This document shows positions 1 through 7,490 of a DNA stretch of 12,705 bases, piece by piece. Below the pieces are notes generated by a model. That model made no database searches. It saw nothing but the letters and a program-made list of their open reading frames with translations, and was not told the DNA's origin. The stretch spans positions 1 to 12,705 of the forward strand of contig JBEKIG010000032.1 in NCBI GenBank assembly GCA_050011875.1. Direction: 5' to 3'. The stretch's first letter is position 1; each line of letters opens with the position of its first letter. The stretch is from Nitrososphaeria archaeon (GTDB lineage: Archaea; Thermoproteota; Nitrososphaeria; JACIWG01). The translations under genes were made by a program, and so were the position numbers.

Positions 1-78
1 CGGATAATAGTTGAGAAAGTAATCTTACAAGAAAAGGCTAGATACCTTTGGGAAGTTATTTTAAATCACACGGAATGA
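1..78 (+). CDS. 3' end of an upstream hypothetical protein (partial)
   Basis: Frame 1 is open from base 1 (RIIVEKVILQEKARYLWEVILNHTE) to TGA 76-78, which forms an ATGA overlap with the ATG at 75. Confidence 0.6.
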   Translation, partial: RIIVEKVILQEKARYLWEVILNHTE

Positions 79-251
79 ATTGTGAGGATAGAATGGAAAA
101 TGACTGTATTTGGCAAGCAGAATGTAAGTGTTCTGACAATGTTTATTGTTGTGAAGAATACCGCGAGAAGGCACAAGGTCATTGTTTCGCAACCGGCGCA
201 TGTATCAAAACAAAGGTATTTGTTCCGAGAACAAAGGAAAGTGAACGGTAA
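75..251 (+). CDS. 58-aa Cys-rich hypothetical protein
   Basis: ATG 75 overlaps the upstream TGA; TAA 249-251 directly abuts the helicase ATG at 252; 8 Cys. Start revised from the track's 48. Confidence 0.6.
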   Translation: MNCEDRMENDCIWQAECKCSDNVYCCEEYREKAQGHCFATGACIKTKVFVPRTKESER

Positions 252-1811
252 ATGTATTCTCCTTTCCTATATCAAAGCCGTTGTATGAATTTAATACGCA
301 AAGCTGTCGCGGATGGACATCGTTATATCTTAGTCCAAGGCGAGACAGGCATGGGAAAATCTGTCATTATATCTGAAATAATCCGAGGGGCTTTTGAAAA
401 AGGAAAGTCAGTACGTTGCATAATAGATCGTAAAAAAATATTCAGACAATTAGAAAAATACATAAAAGATTTAAATATTCCTTTTGGCCTTATCAAAGGT
501 GGAGAAAAACATGAGGACTGGCATCAAGTACAACTAGGCATGGTTCAATCTATTCATCGACGTATTTCAACTCCTTACATGACCCAGGGAGATGTTATTA
601 TCCGAGATGAAGGCCATGCAGCATCAGCACCAACAGATTTAACAGTCACAGAACATCTTATGCACCCAAAAAGTATATATATTGCACTAACAGCAACCCC
701 TGCGAGAGACAATGGATATGGTCTTAAAAAAGCAGGTTTTACGATATTAATACAGAGCCGGGATTATGGAGGAACTAGCCATGAGTTAATAAATATGAAC
801 CCTCCTAGACTTGTCCCTATCAGATATTATGCTCCTGTCGGACCTGATTTAGTTGGAGTCCCAATTACAGGAGGCGATTATAATTTAAGAGTGTTAGAAT
901 CAAGGATGTTAGGAAGTAAGTTGATTGATGATTATATCGGATGGTGGTTTAAACTTTCCGAGAAGAGAAAGACCTTTGTTTTCTGTACTAGCATCAAACA
1001 TAGTGTCGCTGTTCGTGATGCTTTTATCAAAGTGGGGATCACTTGTGAACATATGGACGGGAATACTCCCGATGAAGAACAGGATGCAATTTATAATCGG
1101 TTTGAAAGCGGAGAAACGCTTATTATAACAAGTTGTGAAATCAACACAACCGGCGTAGATATTCCGCAAATTGCTTGTATTATGGACTTACGACCTACAA
1201 AGTCACTTAAAAAATACTTTCAAATACTTGGAAGAGGGAGAAGAGTATTCCCCGGCAAGAAAGATTTGATTTTTATTTGTCTATCAAAGAATTTCGCTGA
1301 ACATGGCGCTATTGAAGAGTTCCAAGGATGGACACTCGATGATAAAACTAGGAATATTAATACTGCCAATGCTGCACGAAAAGCTAGAAATTCAAAGCCC
1401 ATCGAATGTCCCGTTTGTTCCAACATCTATACTGGTCAACTTCGCTGTCCACAATGCCATAATATACCCACTAAGGCGCAGTATGGGAAAGACGAGATTG
1501 AATACATCGACGGCATTCTAGGTGAGATAGTTTTAGCTACTGGCAAGGCAAAAGTCCACGTTCCTACAATGGCCGAGAAAAAGGACTGGTATCAGCAAGC
1601 AAAAAATTATGGCTGGTCACGAGGTAAGGATGACAAGTGGCTTGCCGGAATGTTTAAGGCTTGCTTTGGTTCGTTTCCGCCGTGGTCATTTCAAAACCTC
1701 CCCATTAAGGAGACGAGTGCCGAAGTCTCAAGTTACTTGGATAAGAAGCGCCAGGACTTTGCCAGAAGGAAAGCATACGGGCAGAAAAAACAGAAAGGGG
1801 CAGCACCATAA
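252..1811 (+). CDS. SF2 DExH-box helicase (RadD/YejH/UvsW-like phage helicase) with C-terminal Zn ribbon
   Basis: Q-motif-like PFLYQ, Walker A GETGMGKS, motif II DEGH, motif III LTATP, motif IV FCTSIKHS, motif V TTGVDIP, motif VI QILGRGRR, then CPVC...CPQC. Confidence 0.95.
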   Translation: MYSPFLYQSRCMNLIRKAVADGHRYILVQGETGMGKSVIISEIIRGAFEKGKSVRCIIDRKKIFRQLEKYIKDLNIPFGLIKGGEKHEDWHQVQLGMVQSIHRRISTPYMTQGDVIIRDEGHAASAPTDLTVTEHLMHPKSIYIALTATPARDNGYGLKKAGFTILIQSRDYGGTSHELINMNPPRLVPIRYYAPVGPDLVGVPITGGDYNLRVLESRMLGSKLIDDYIGWWFKLSEKRKTFVFCTSIKHSVAVRDAFIKVGITCEHMDGNTPDEEQDAIYNRFESGETLIITSCEINTTGVDIPQIACIMDLRPTKSLKKYFQILGRGRRVFPGKKDLIFICLSKNFAEHGAIEEFQGWTLDDKTRNINTANAARKARNSKPIECPVCSNIYTGQLRCPQCHNIPTKAQYGKDEIEYIDGILGEIVLATGKAKVHVPTMAEKKDWYQQAKNYGWSRGKDDKWLAGMFKACFGSFPPWSFQNLPIKETSAEVSSYLDKKRQDFARRKAYGQKKQKGAAP

Positions 1812-2378
1812 ATGCCCACCAACGGCCTACGTCTCCAAGATATAGAGAAATTCACCAAGGCTGAATCAAATTTTTATTCAGGAACCAAATTTCGTGATAT
1901 TAAGAGAGTTGCAGAGTTATTTGATTTCCCGATTCACCTTGCTTTAAATTGTCGCCGTAAATATCTGGATCATGTAATATCAGAATACCGCGAATATGGA
2001 AAGCGAGTAGGGCTAGGAACGGAGTTTGTCTGTAAAGTGATGGTAGATATTGTCCGGGAAGAAATAAAGGCTTTAGACAAGGATTTTAAATCATCCCTGA
2101 GTTTTAGTAAAATAAGAAAATTTGAAGATATAACCGATGAAATGATACAGGAGGCACGAGATTACCCTGTAAACTCTTTAATTAACTTCGGCAATGGTAA
2201 CGCCCGATGTATTAACCCAGACCATACAGACAATAAACCTAGTATGTATTTATCATCAAAAATAAATAAGGCTACATGCGGAAGTTGTAATTGGAGAGGG
2301 GATGCAATAGATATAGTTATGATTTTAGACGGTATCACTTTCCGAAATGCTGTGAGGAAATTATGTCAGATGGTATAA
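1812..2378 (+). CDS. Protein with C-terminal DnaG-type CHC2 zinc finger (no TOPRIM domain)
   Basis: CINPDHTDNKPSM...CGSCNWRGDAIDIVMILDGITFRNAVRKL matches the zf-CHC2 pattern (CPxHxDxxPS...CxxC..xGDxIdxv....xF.EAvxxL). Starts immediately after the helicase stop. Confidence 0.9.
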   Translation: MPTNGLRLQDIEKFTKAESNFYSGTKFRDIKRVAELFDFPIHLALNCRRKYLDHVISEYREYGKRVGLGTEFVCKVMVDIVREEIKALDKDFKSSLSFSKIRKFEDITDEMIQEARDYPVNSLINFGNGNARCINPDHTDNKPSMYLSSKINKATCGSCNWRGDAIDIVMILDGITFRNAVRKLCQMV

Positions 2379-2608
2379 ATTGTAAAATTGTTAATAATAA
2401 GTGTGCAACTCGTCAGCAGGGTAGCTTTGGTAAGTGCCGCATGTGCGAGTTTGGAACACAGACGCGCCCCGTTGAAATCCACCTAACCGGCAGAGACTAT
2501 CAATTTATGATGGATCATTGCCAAGTTGATGGTATGTCAATATCGGATGCAGCAACAGAGCTTGTTAACCAGGGGATTCGTTCTTTGAGGCGTCACACAA
2601 CAGTTTAA
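2363..2608 (+). CDS. 81-aa probable ribbon-helix-helix DNA-binding protein with N-terminal Cys cluster
   Basis: SD GAGGA at 2354-2358 before ATG 2363 (track start 2291 lies deep in the previous gene). RPVEIHLTGRDYQFMMDHCQVDGMSISDAATELVNQGI fits the RHH strand-helix-G-SxS-helix pattern. Confidence 0.6.
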   Translation: MSDGINCKIVNNKCATRQQGSFGKCRMCEFGTQTRPVEIHLTGRDYQFMMDHCQVDGMSISDAATELVNQGIRSLRRHTTV

Positions 2609-2618
2609 AGGGGGTAAA

Positions 2619-2990
2619 ATGAAAGAAAATTCGTTAGGATTAAGACGAACAGGAGAGCCGCCACCGCGCCCTCTTACCGAAGATGAACACGCTTCTACTC
2701 TTCCGACAGGGGCAGTAATAACAGTCCCAGTGGCAGCGGCCATCATCCTCACTATACTTCTTCTGTTCATGTTCAGAGGGTGTGCAACCGAGCCGGAGCC
2801 GACAACCGCGCCGATGATCTACCCTCAGAAGCCGATAGTGCAACAGATTATACCGGCTTTACCAGTTGTGGAAAAACCTGTTTATAAGTATAATCCTTCA
2901 CCGAACGTACCATGCGAAATTCCAGGCAGATGTGGAGCAAAACTGTTCGTGAACGGCAAGAGGGTTGACCCCGGCAATTACTTGAAGTAA
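2619..2990 (+). CDS. Single-pass membrane protein, Pro-rich, unknown function
   Basis: G-rich SD just upstream; hydrophobic segment AVITVPVAAAIILTILLLFMF flanked by Pro-rich regions. Confidence 0.75.
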   Translation: MKENSLGLRRTGEPPPRPLTEDEHASTLPTGAVITVPVAAAIILTILLLFMFRGCATEPEPTTAPMIYPQKPIVQQIIPALPVVEKPVYKYNPSPNVPCEIPGRCGAKLFVNGKRVDPGNYLK

Positions 2991-2993
2991 AAT
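2965..2993 (+). promoter_or_regulatory. Predicted sigma70-type promoter
   Basis: TTGACC (2965-2970), 17-nt spacer, TAAAAT (2988-2993), just upstream of the AAGGAG RBS of the 3016 gene. Confidence 0.65.
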
Positions 2994-3015
2994 TATACGA
3001 AAGGAGAAAAACAGC

Positions 3016-3291
3016 ATGAATGACCAAGACAGGCTTTACAAGTTGAAAGAGGAGGCAGCACAGAAGCAGTCAACTATGGAACAGGGCTATGGGATGAATG
3101 ATTGCCGCCCCGAATTTAATTGTTGCGCTGCCCGTGAAGCCGCCAGAAGTCTGCTTGACCACATGACCCGGAAGATTGAAATGCAAGCGGAAGCCCTCGA
3201 CGTTTTAAAAAGGGTTATCCCTTGGGATTTGATTTCACCACGGGATGAAGAAAGACTGTACGAATTATTTGTTCAGTTGAATCGGCCATAA
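3016..3291 (+). CDS. 91-aa hypothetical helical protein
   Basis: Strong RBS GAAAGGAGAAAAACAGC-ATG; fills the gap between neighbours; no recognisable motif. Confidence 0.8.
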   Translation: MNDQDRLYKLKEEAAQKQSTMEQGYGMNDCRPEFNCCAAREAARSLLDHMTRKIEMQAEALDVLKRVIPWDLISPRDEERLYELFVQLNRP

Positions 3292-3326
3292 CGATCATCA
3301 ACCACTGAGAACGAAGGGATGTGATA

Positions 3327-3656
3327 ATGGACGAAATATCTGGAACATGGAGGCCGTCACAGATTCAAGAATTAATCAACCGAGCAGTCCAACCCCTCGC
3401 TGAGCGAATATCAGTGATCGAAAAGGAGATTGAAACTATGGACGCAACCGCACAGAAACTTTCCGACGATCTTACCGCATTACAGACAGCTATTACCACC
3501 GGCCTTACCGACATTTCCGCCGAAATTGCAGCCTTAAAAGCACAGATTGCAGCCGGGACTCCGGCAACCGACGCAGACCTTACCGCCCTTGATGCGAAAG
3601 TCACCGCCATGCAGACGGCAATCACCGCCGCCGATCCGGGACCGCAGGGATCATAA
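3327..3656 (+). CDS. Ala/Thr-rich coiled-coil protein, possible second in-frame start at 3438
   Basis: SD AAGGGA 3314-3319 before ATG 3327; second SD AAGGAG 3423-3428 before in-frame ATG 3438; heptad-like LSDDLTALQTAI...LTALDAKVTAMQTAI. Confidence 0.8.
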   Translation: MDEISGTWRPSQIQELINRAVQPLAERISVIEKEIETMDATAQKLSDDLTALQTAITTGLTDISAEIAALKAQIAAGTPATDADLTALDAKVTAMQTAITAADPGPQGS

Positions 3657-3687
3657 TTTAATTAATTTTATCGGCACCATGAATAAG

Positions 3688-3718
3688 AAAAGCCCCAACC
3701 GAAAGGAAGGGGCTTTTT
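3688..3718. terminator. Bidirectional intrinsic terminator between the convergent arms
   Basis: AAAAGCCCC-AA-CC-GAAA-GG-AA-GGGGCTTTTT: GC stem with internal loop and GAAA loop, T-run on the + side and A-run on the other; lies between stops at 3656 (+) and 3720 (-). Confidence 0.85.
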
Positions 3719-3719
3719 G

Positions 3720-4226
3720 TTATCTCTTCTGGTATCGTATCCAGAGCGGTAGTTCCATTCTGACCAAACTACCCAAATCAGTTGGTGACACCCCCTCAGC
3801 AACATAGCCCACCAGCAGCCCAACGCATTGCAGCTCTATCGTCACCGTCTCGGAGCATATCAGGTCAACAGGGCGCTGCACAACAAGCGGCAGGGGGAGG
3901 AAATCGAAAAATATCTTCCTCCATCCATATGCAGGACGCATCTTAGTAAATGCACCAGCTACAATGATATTGGCCTGATTGACCATGAGCTTTTCTTGTT
4001 CCTTGGTAACAGAAATAGGGATTACGTCCCAGTCTCCGGGTTGTGGATTTACTTCTTCATGGCTCGCCCACGCCGGACCTTCTCCCCTGGAAGAGAAAAA
4101 CCTCCCGTCGCTGAACTCCAATTCGGCGTGAATATAGCGACCGGATACCGCCTGTATAATTCGGTCAAACAGAATATAATACCATTGCACATGCCCCGGA
4201 CGTTTCTTGAGATAGATTCTTACCAT
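3720..4226 (-). CDS. Permuted papain-like NlpC/P60 hydrolase (YiiX/YaeF, C92-like)
   Basis: His first (GRYIHAEL), then Tyr (PAYGW), catalytic Cys in LICSE and terminal SPTDL, which is the circularly permuted order; SD GGAGG at 4231-4235. Confidence 0.8.
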   Translation of the reverse strand: MVRIYLKKRPGHVQWYYILFDRIIQAVSGRYIHAELEFSDGRFFSSRGEGPAWASHEEVNPQPGDWDVIPISVTKEQEKLMVNQANIIVAGAFTKMRPAYGWRKIFFDFLPLPLVVQRPVDLICSETVTIELQCVGLLVGYVAEGVSPTDLGSLVRMELPLWIRYQKR

Positions 4227-4235
4227 TTTACCTCC

Positions 4236-4264
4236 AAAAAAGGCCCACCCCGAAAGGTGAGCCT
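4236..4264 (-). terminator. Intrinsic terminator after the PASTA gene
   Basis: On the - strand AGGCUCACCU-UUCG-GGGUGGGCCU (10-bp stem with two G-U pairs, UUCG loop) followed by a U run. Confidence 0.8.
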
Positions 4265-4290
4265 CGTTTTATTGTATGTCTGTTTCAGAT

Positions 4291-4941
4291 TTACGGCCCC
4301 GTAGAAACGGTTACAGCAACGGCTGTTCCAGATGCAACCATTGCCCCGGCAGTAGGAACCTGAGAAATGATACTTCCTACACCCATAGTCGAACTGGCAG
4401 CGTTTGTTTCTGCACCGAGTGCAAGACCAGCAGCGACCAGAGCAGCCGAAGCATCAGCCACCAGTTTACCCACCACATTCGGAACGGCGATAGTGCCGGA
4501 CTTAGCAGCCGGGGCAGGTGCAGCAGCCTGATTCTGAATGGCAACAAGGCTATTGATTGCCGAGATGAACGAACCGAGACCACCAGAGCCAAGCGCGTTG
4601 ATACCCCCGCTCATGCCGCCCGTGGTAAAGACCCCGTAGAGGTTCATAAAAGCCTGGAAGCAGCCAGGGCCATTTGTCCCTACCCAATTCAGAACGCTGG
4701 CAACTTCAGTCAGGAACTTCTGAATATCTGCCGGTCCACCATCGGCTTTAATATCAGCGGCAGATTTGTTCAGATCGGCGGCGAGTTTGATGAGATCACC
4801 AGCAGCGGTTGCGTCCACTTGGTTGTTCAGGCCCATCGAGGCAACACAGGCGAAAATATCTTTACCCGCTGTGAAGGCATCCGGGCCGCTATCCTGGGCT
4901 GTAATCAAAAGTGCATTGAGGTCGAGTAGCAGATTTGCCAT
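4291..4941 (-). CDS. Protein with C-terminal PASTA domain and unknown helical N-terminal domain
   Basis: IAVPNVVGKLVADASAALVAAGL...GSIISQVPTAGAMVASGTAVAVTVSTGP follows the PASTA consensus; Ala/Pro linker before it; SD GGAG; no signal peptide. Confidence 0.88.
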   Translation of the reverse strand: MANLLLDLNALLITAQDSGPDAFTAGKDIFACVASMGLNNQVDATAAGDLIKLAADLNKSAADIKADGGPADIQKFLTEVASVLNWVGTNGPGCFQAFMNLYGVFTTGGMSGGINALGSGGLGSFISAINSLVAIQNQAAAPAPAAKSGTIAVPNVVGKLVADASAALVAAGLALGAETNAASSTMGVGSIISQVPTAGAMVASGTAVAVTVSTGP

Positions 4942-4967
4942 TTTACTTTCTCCGTTTCTGCCCCGCT

Positions 4968-5171
4968 CTACGGCGAGGCTTGCTCTGGGGGGGTTACGTC
5001 CCCCGTTGTTGATTGTTTACCAGCGGCAACGCCTCTCATATAGCCAAATATGCCCGTCAGAATAGGGATAATTACCGCCGAAGTCTGATAATATCCAGCC
5101 TGTATGAGCGCAACCACTACTCCGATTGCAAAGATGATTTCGACAATAACCACGCCGATATTCTGATTCAT
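4968..5171 (-). CDS. 67-aa two-TM membrane protein, holin candidate
   Basis: Two hydrophobic segments (IGVVIVEIIFAIGVVVALI, SAVIIPILTGIFGYM), polar tail, SD AAGGGG, lysis-region context. Holin role is inference. Confidence 0.7.
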   Translation of the reverse strand: MNQNIGVVIVEIIFAIGVVVALIQAGYYQTSAVIIPILTGIFGYMRGVAAGKQSTTGDVTPPEQASP

Positions 5172-5182
5172 ATCATCCCCTT

Positions 5183-5383
5183 TCAGTAATTCTCATGTAT
5201 CCCTAAACTGTTCAGGCACTTGTCCACGTCTGCTTTCCCACTGTCAGGATCACATTCAGGGAGAACAGTAGTAACTGCACTCTTCCCGCTGACAACCACT
5301 TTGGGAGCGATTATCTCATGATGGAGGATTATGCACCCGGAGAGGATAAAGCAAAGCACCGGTAAAATCAAGAGAGTTTTCAT
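5183..5383 (-). CDS. Small lipoprotein (possible o-spanin-like)
   Basis: MKTLLILPVLCFILSG-C signal with LSGC lipobox; two further Cys in the mature part; SD AAGGGA. Confidence 0.78.
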   Translation of the reverse strand: MKTLLILPVLCFILSGCIILHHEIIAPKVVVSGKSAVTTVLPECDPDSGKADVDKCLNSLGIHENY

Positions 5384-5396
5384 ATTTCATCCCTTC

Positions 5397-5768
5397 TCAT
5401 GGTTGTGTTGCCGATTTGAGTGTGACCGATGGTGCCGATGGAAAGGGAGGCAACGTAACGATATTGCTGTACGCGCTCTCCTGTCCTGCCGTATTTACCG
5501 CCGTCACTGCGAAGTAGTAGGTTTTTGTCGGATCGAGACCGCTGAGCGTGCCGGTTGTAGACCCTGCCGCCAGAACAACGGGTGAAGCCCCTTGAGTTGC
5601 CCCTGTCCCGGTGAACGGCTGCGTGTTCGTGGTGGAGTAATAAGCCTTGTAAGAGGCCGCTGGAGGCGTGTTAGGATCGGTGATACCAAGGACAACCGTC
5701 GATGCTCCCGCAACTGCCGGTAAGAGGCAGAACGCCGAGAGTGCCAATACTACAAGTAACTTTTTCAT
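5397..5768 (-). CDS. Secreted single fibronectin type III domain protein
   Basis: Sec signal MKKLLVVLALSAFCLLPAVAGA; FN3 hallmarks SYKAYY and LSGLDPTKTYYFAVTAVNTAGQESAYSN; SD AGGAG. Confidence 0.9.
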   Translation of the reverse strand: MKKLLVVLALSAFCLLPAVAGASTVVLGITDPNTPPAASYKAYYSTTNTQPFTGTGATQGASPVVLAAGSTTGTLSGLDPTKTYYFAVTAVNTAGQESAYSNIVTLPPFPSAPSVTLKSATQP

Positions 5769-5780
5769 GATGATCTCCTA

Positions 5781-7490
5781 TTAAGGGCCAAAGCCCCAAA
5801 GATGGGTGGATGAAACTACTGTCGATTGTATTAACGGAAAACTGTAATTCACCCCAAATGCAATAGGGTCAATATCTTGTGAGTTTGGCTCATATGTGTT
5901 TGGAGAAGTATGGTATTGCGCCCATGAGATATTTGTCCCTGCGCCATCCAATGTAGCAAACATCGAAGGAACATTCTCGCTGTAAATATTATTATTCATG
6001 TTAACAATAGAAGTAGTTGCCGCAATCATAAAGATTTCTCGTGGATATCCGCCTTTGACAATATTATTACTGATGTTCCACGAAGTCCCGCTGGTGGGAT
6101 TAACCCCTGCCAAGCTTAAATAGATACTTGCTCGCGCTGCATTAAGGTTTAATCCGCCATAAAGAGTCAACCAAGGGCCACCATTGTTATAACAGACGTT
6201 CCCTGTGGCTGTCCCGCTGGAATTGTCCACAAAAGCAAGGCAAGTAAGGATATTGTTTGTTATTATATTATTTACCACCGTGATATTGTAATCATTGTAA
6301 TGATCTGAAACACCACTCCCGTTACTTGATGTTGTCATAGAACCATTATTAATGAGTTTGTTGTAAGCAATGTAAACATCATGAATTGGAGTGGACGCAT
6401 TTTCTATATGTACTCCGTCTCCTGAATTGTTTGAAATTGCATTGTCTACGATTTTGTAATTGTACCCTGAATTTATAGTAATTCCGTCACCGGCAGCATT
6501 TTCAAATATGCCATTTTTGACAAAGTTAATGTCATGAGAAGTTGCTGTACTGAGTATTTCAACTCCGTTTTCTGTCCCTTTGTAGATACTACTGCCAGCT
6601 ACGGTGAAATTGTTAGAATTGCTGATAGCAAGCTGTGCGTATGCCGCTCCTGATATATTGCAACTTAGTAGACTGGTATTGACCCCGCTAAAGGAGCATC
6701 CAGATACGTAAACCCCATATTCTGTGGCATTGTGGGAAATCAGGCCGATTGCATTAAGCACCCCGGAACAGGCAGAAAAGGCAAAATCGTTGTTTATGCC
6801 GGTTGCCCCACTTTTCGATATATTGTAGAGTCTCAGCCCTGCGATATTATTGAATTGGATAGGTGCAACACCAGAAGCTATGACGTTGGAGACAGAAACA
6901 TTAGAATTTGCCGTTCCGTAAAGATAGATGGGGTTTTGGGCAACATTACTAATCACAATAGTATCCAATTTGATGTTTGAAGAATTGCCGGAGAATGTCA
7001 CTCCGTATCCGTATCCTCCGCCATTCCCAGTAATATTTGTTTCAGTGACATTTGTAATCGTTCCAGAATTCGCCACGATATTGTTATAAGCATAGGTGCC
7101 TGTGTAATTTATGATGAAATTGGAGATATTGACATAGGAATTAGGATTTGAAATCCCTGCATTTGTCCCGGAGAATGTCGGATAAGCACCCCCGGTGCCA
7201 TCAGGTAATCCTTGGTATGTAATTATTCCGGAAGGACTACTCCCTCCTGAAAGGGGAATCATAGTTGCAGTTGTATAGGCTCCCCCTTGAGCAGAAAAAT
7301 TGATTATGTCCCCATTACTAAAACTATTGAGGTTGAATGTTGCAAGAGACATACAGTCACTTGCCGTACTAGCTGGACCGATTGCATTAGCTTTTGTTGC
7401 CGATCCATCTGCACGCACATAATAGGTGGCAGATTCTGCTGCTCCGCACATGGCAATGATGATAATTATGACAAGGATTAACCTTTTCAT
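5781..7490 (-). CDS. Secreted right-handed parallel beta-helix (pectin lyase-like fold) protein
   Basis: Sec signal MKRLILVIIIIIAMCGAAESA followed by TYYVRADG; Asn/Gly/Ile-rich repeats (NNSGDGVHI, NITVVNNIITNN, NISNNIV, MNNNIY); ATGA overlap with the endolysin stop. Confidence 0.88.
   Translation of the reverse strand: MKRLILVIIIIIAMCGAAESATYYVRADGSATKANAIGPASTASDCMSLATFNLNSFSNGDIINFSAQGGAYTTATMIPLSGGSSPSGIITYQGLPDGTGGAYPTFSGTNAGISNPNSYVNISNFIINYTGTYAYNNIVANSGTITNVTETNITGNGGGYGYGVTFSGNSSNIKLDTIVISNVAQNPIYLYGTANSNVSVSNVIASGVAPIQFNNIAGLRLYNISKSGATGINNDFAFSACSGVLNAIGLISHNATEYGVYVSGCSFSGVNTSLLSCNISGAAYAQLAISNSNNFTVAGSSIYKGTENGVEILSTATSHDINFVKNGIFENAAGDGITINSGYNYKIVDNAISNNSGDGVHIENASTPIHDVYIAYNKLINNGSMTTSSNGSGVSDHYNDYNITVVNNIITNNILTCLAFVDNSSGTATGNVCYNNGGPWLTLYGGLNLNAARASIYLSLAGVNPTSGTSWNISNNIVKGGYPREIFMIAATTSIVNMNNNIYSENVPSMFATLDGAGTNISWAQYHTSPNTYEPNSQDIDPIAFGVNYSFPLIQSTVVSSTHLWGFGP

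Noticed and set aside
82-288. Alternative + ORF of 68 aa
   Set aside because: Overlaps both the better-coupled 75-251 ORF and the helicase start.
909-1845. Small ORFs 909-1169, 925-1128, 1220-1426, 1303-1521 and 1609-1845
   Set aside because: Shadow frames of the helicase with no motif or convincing RBS.
3654-3670. AT-rich TAATTTAATTAATTTTA quasi-palindrome
   Set aside because: Low complexity, single occurrence, no supporting context for an operator or att site.
3828-5065. Long + strand ORFs 3828-4304, 4276-4929 and 4766-5065
   Set aside because: Antisense to well-supported genes, downstream of the + arm terminator, with non-protein-like composition.
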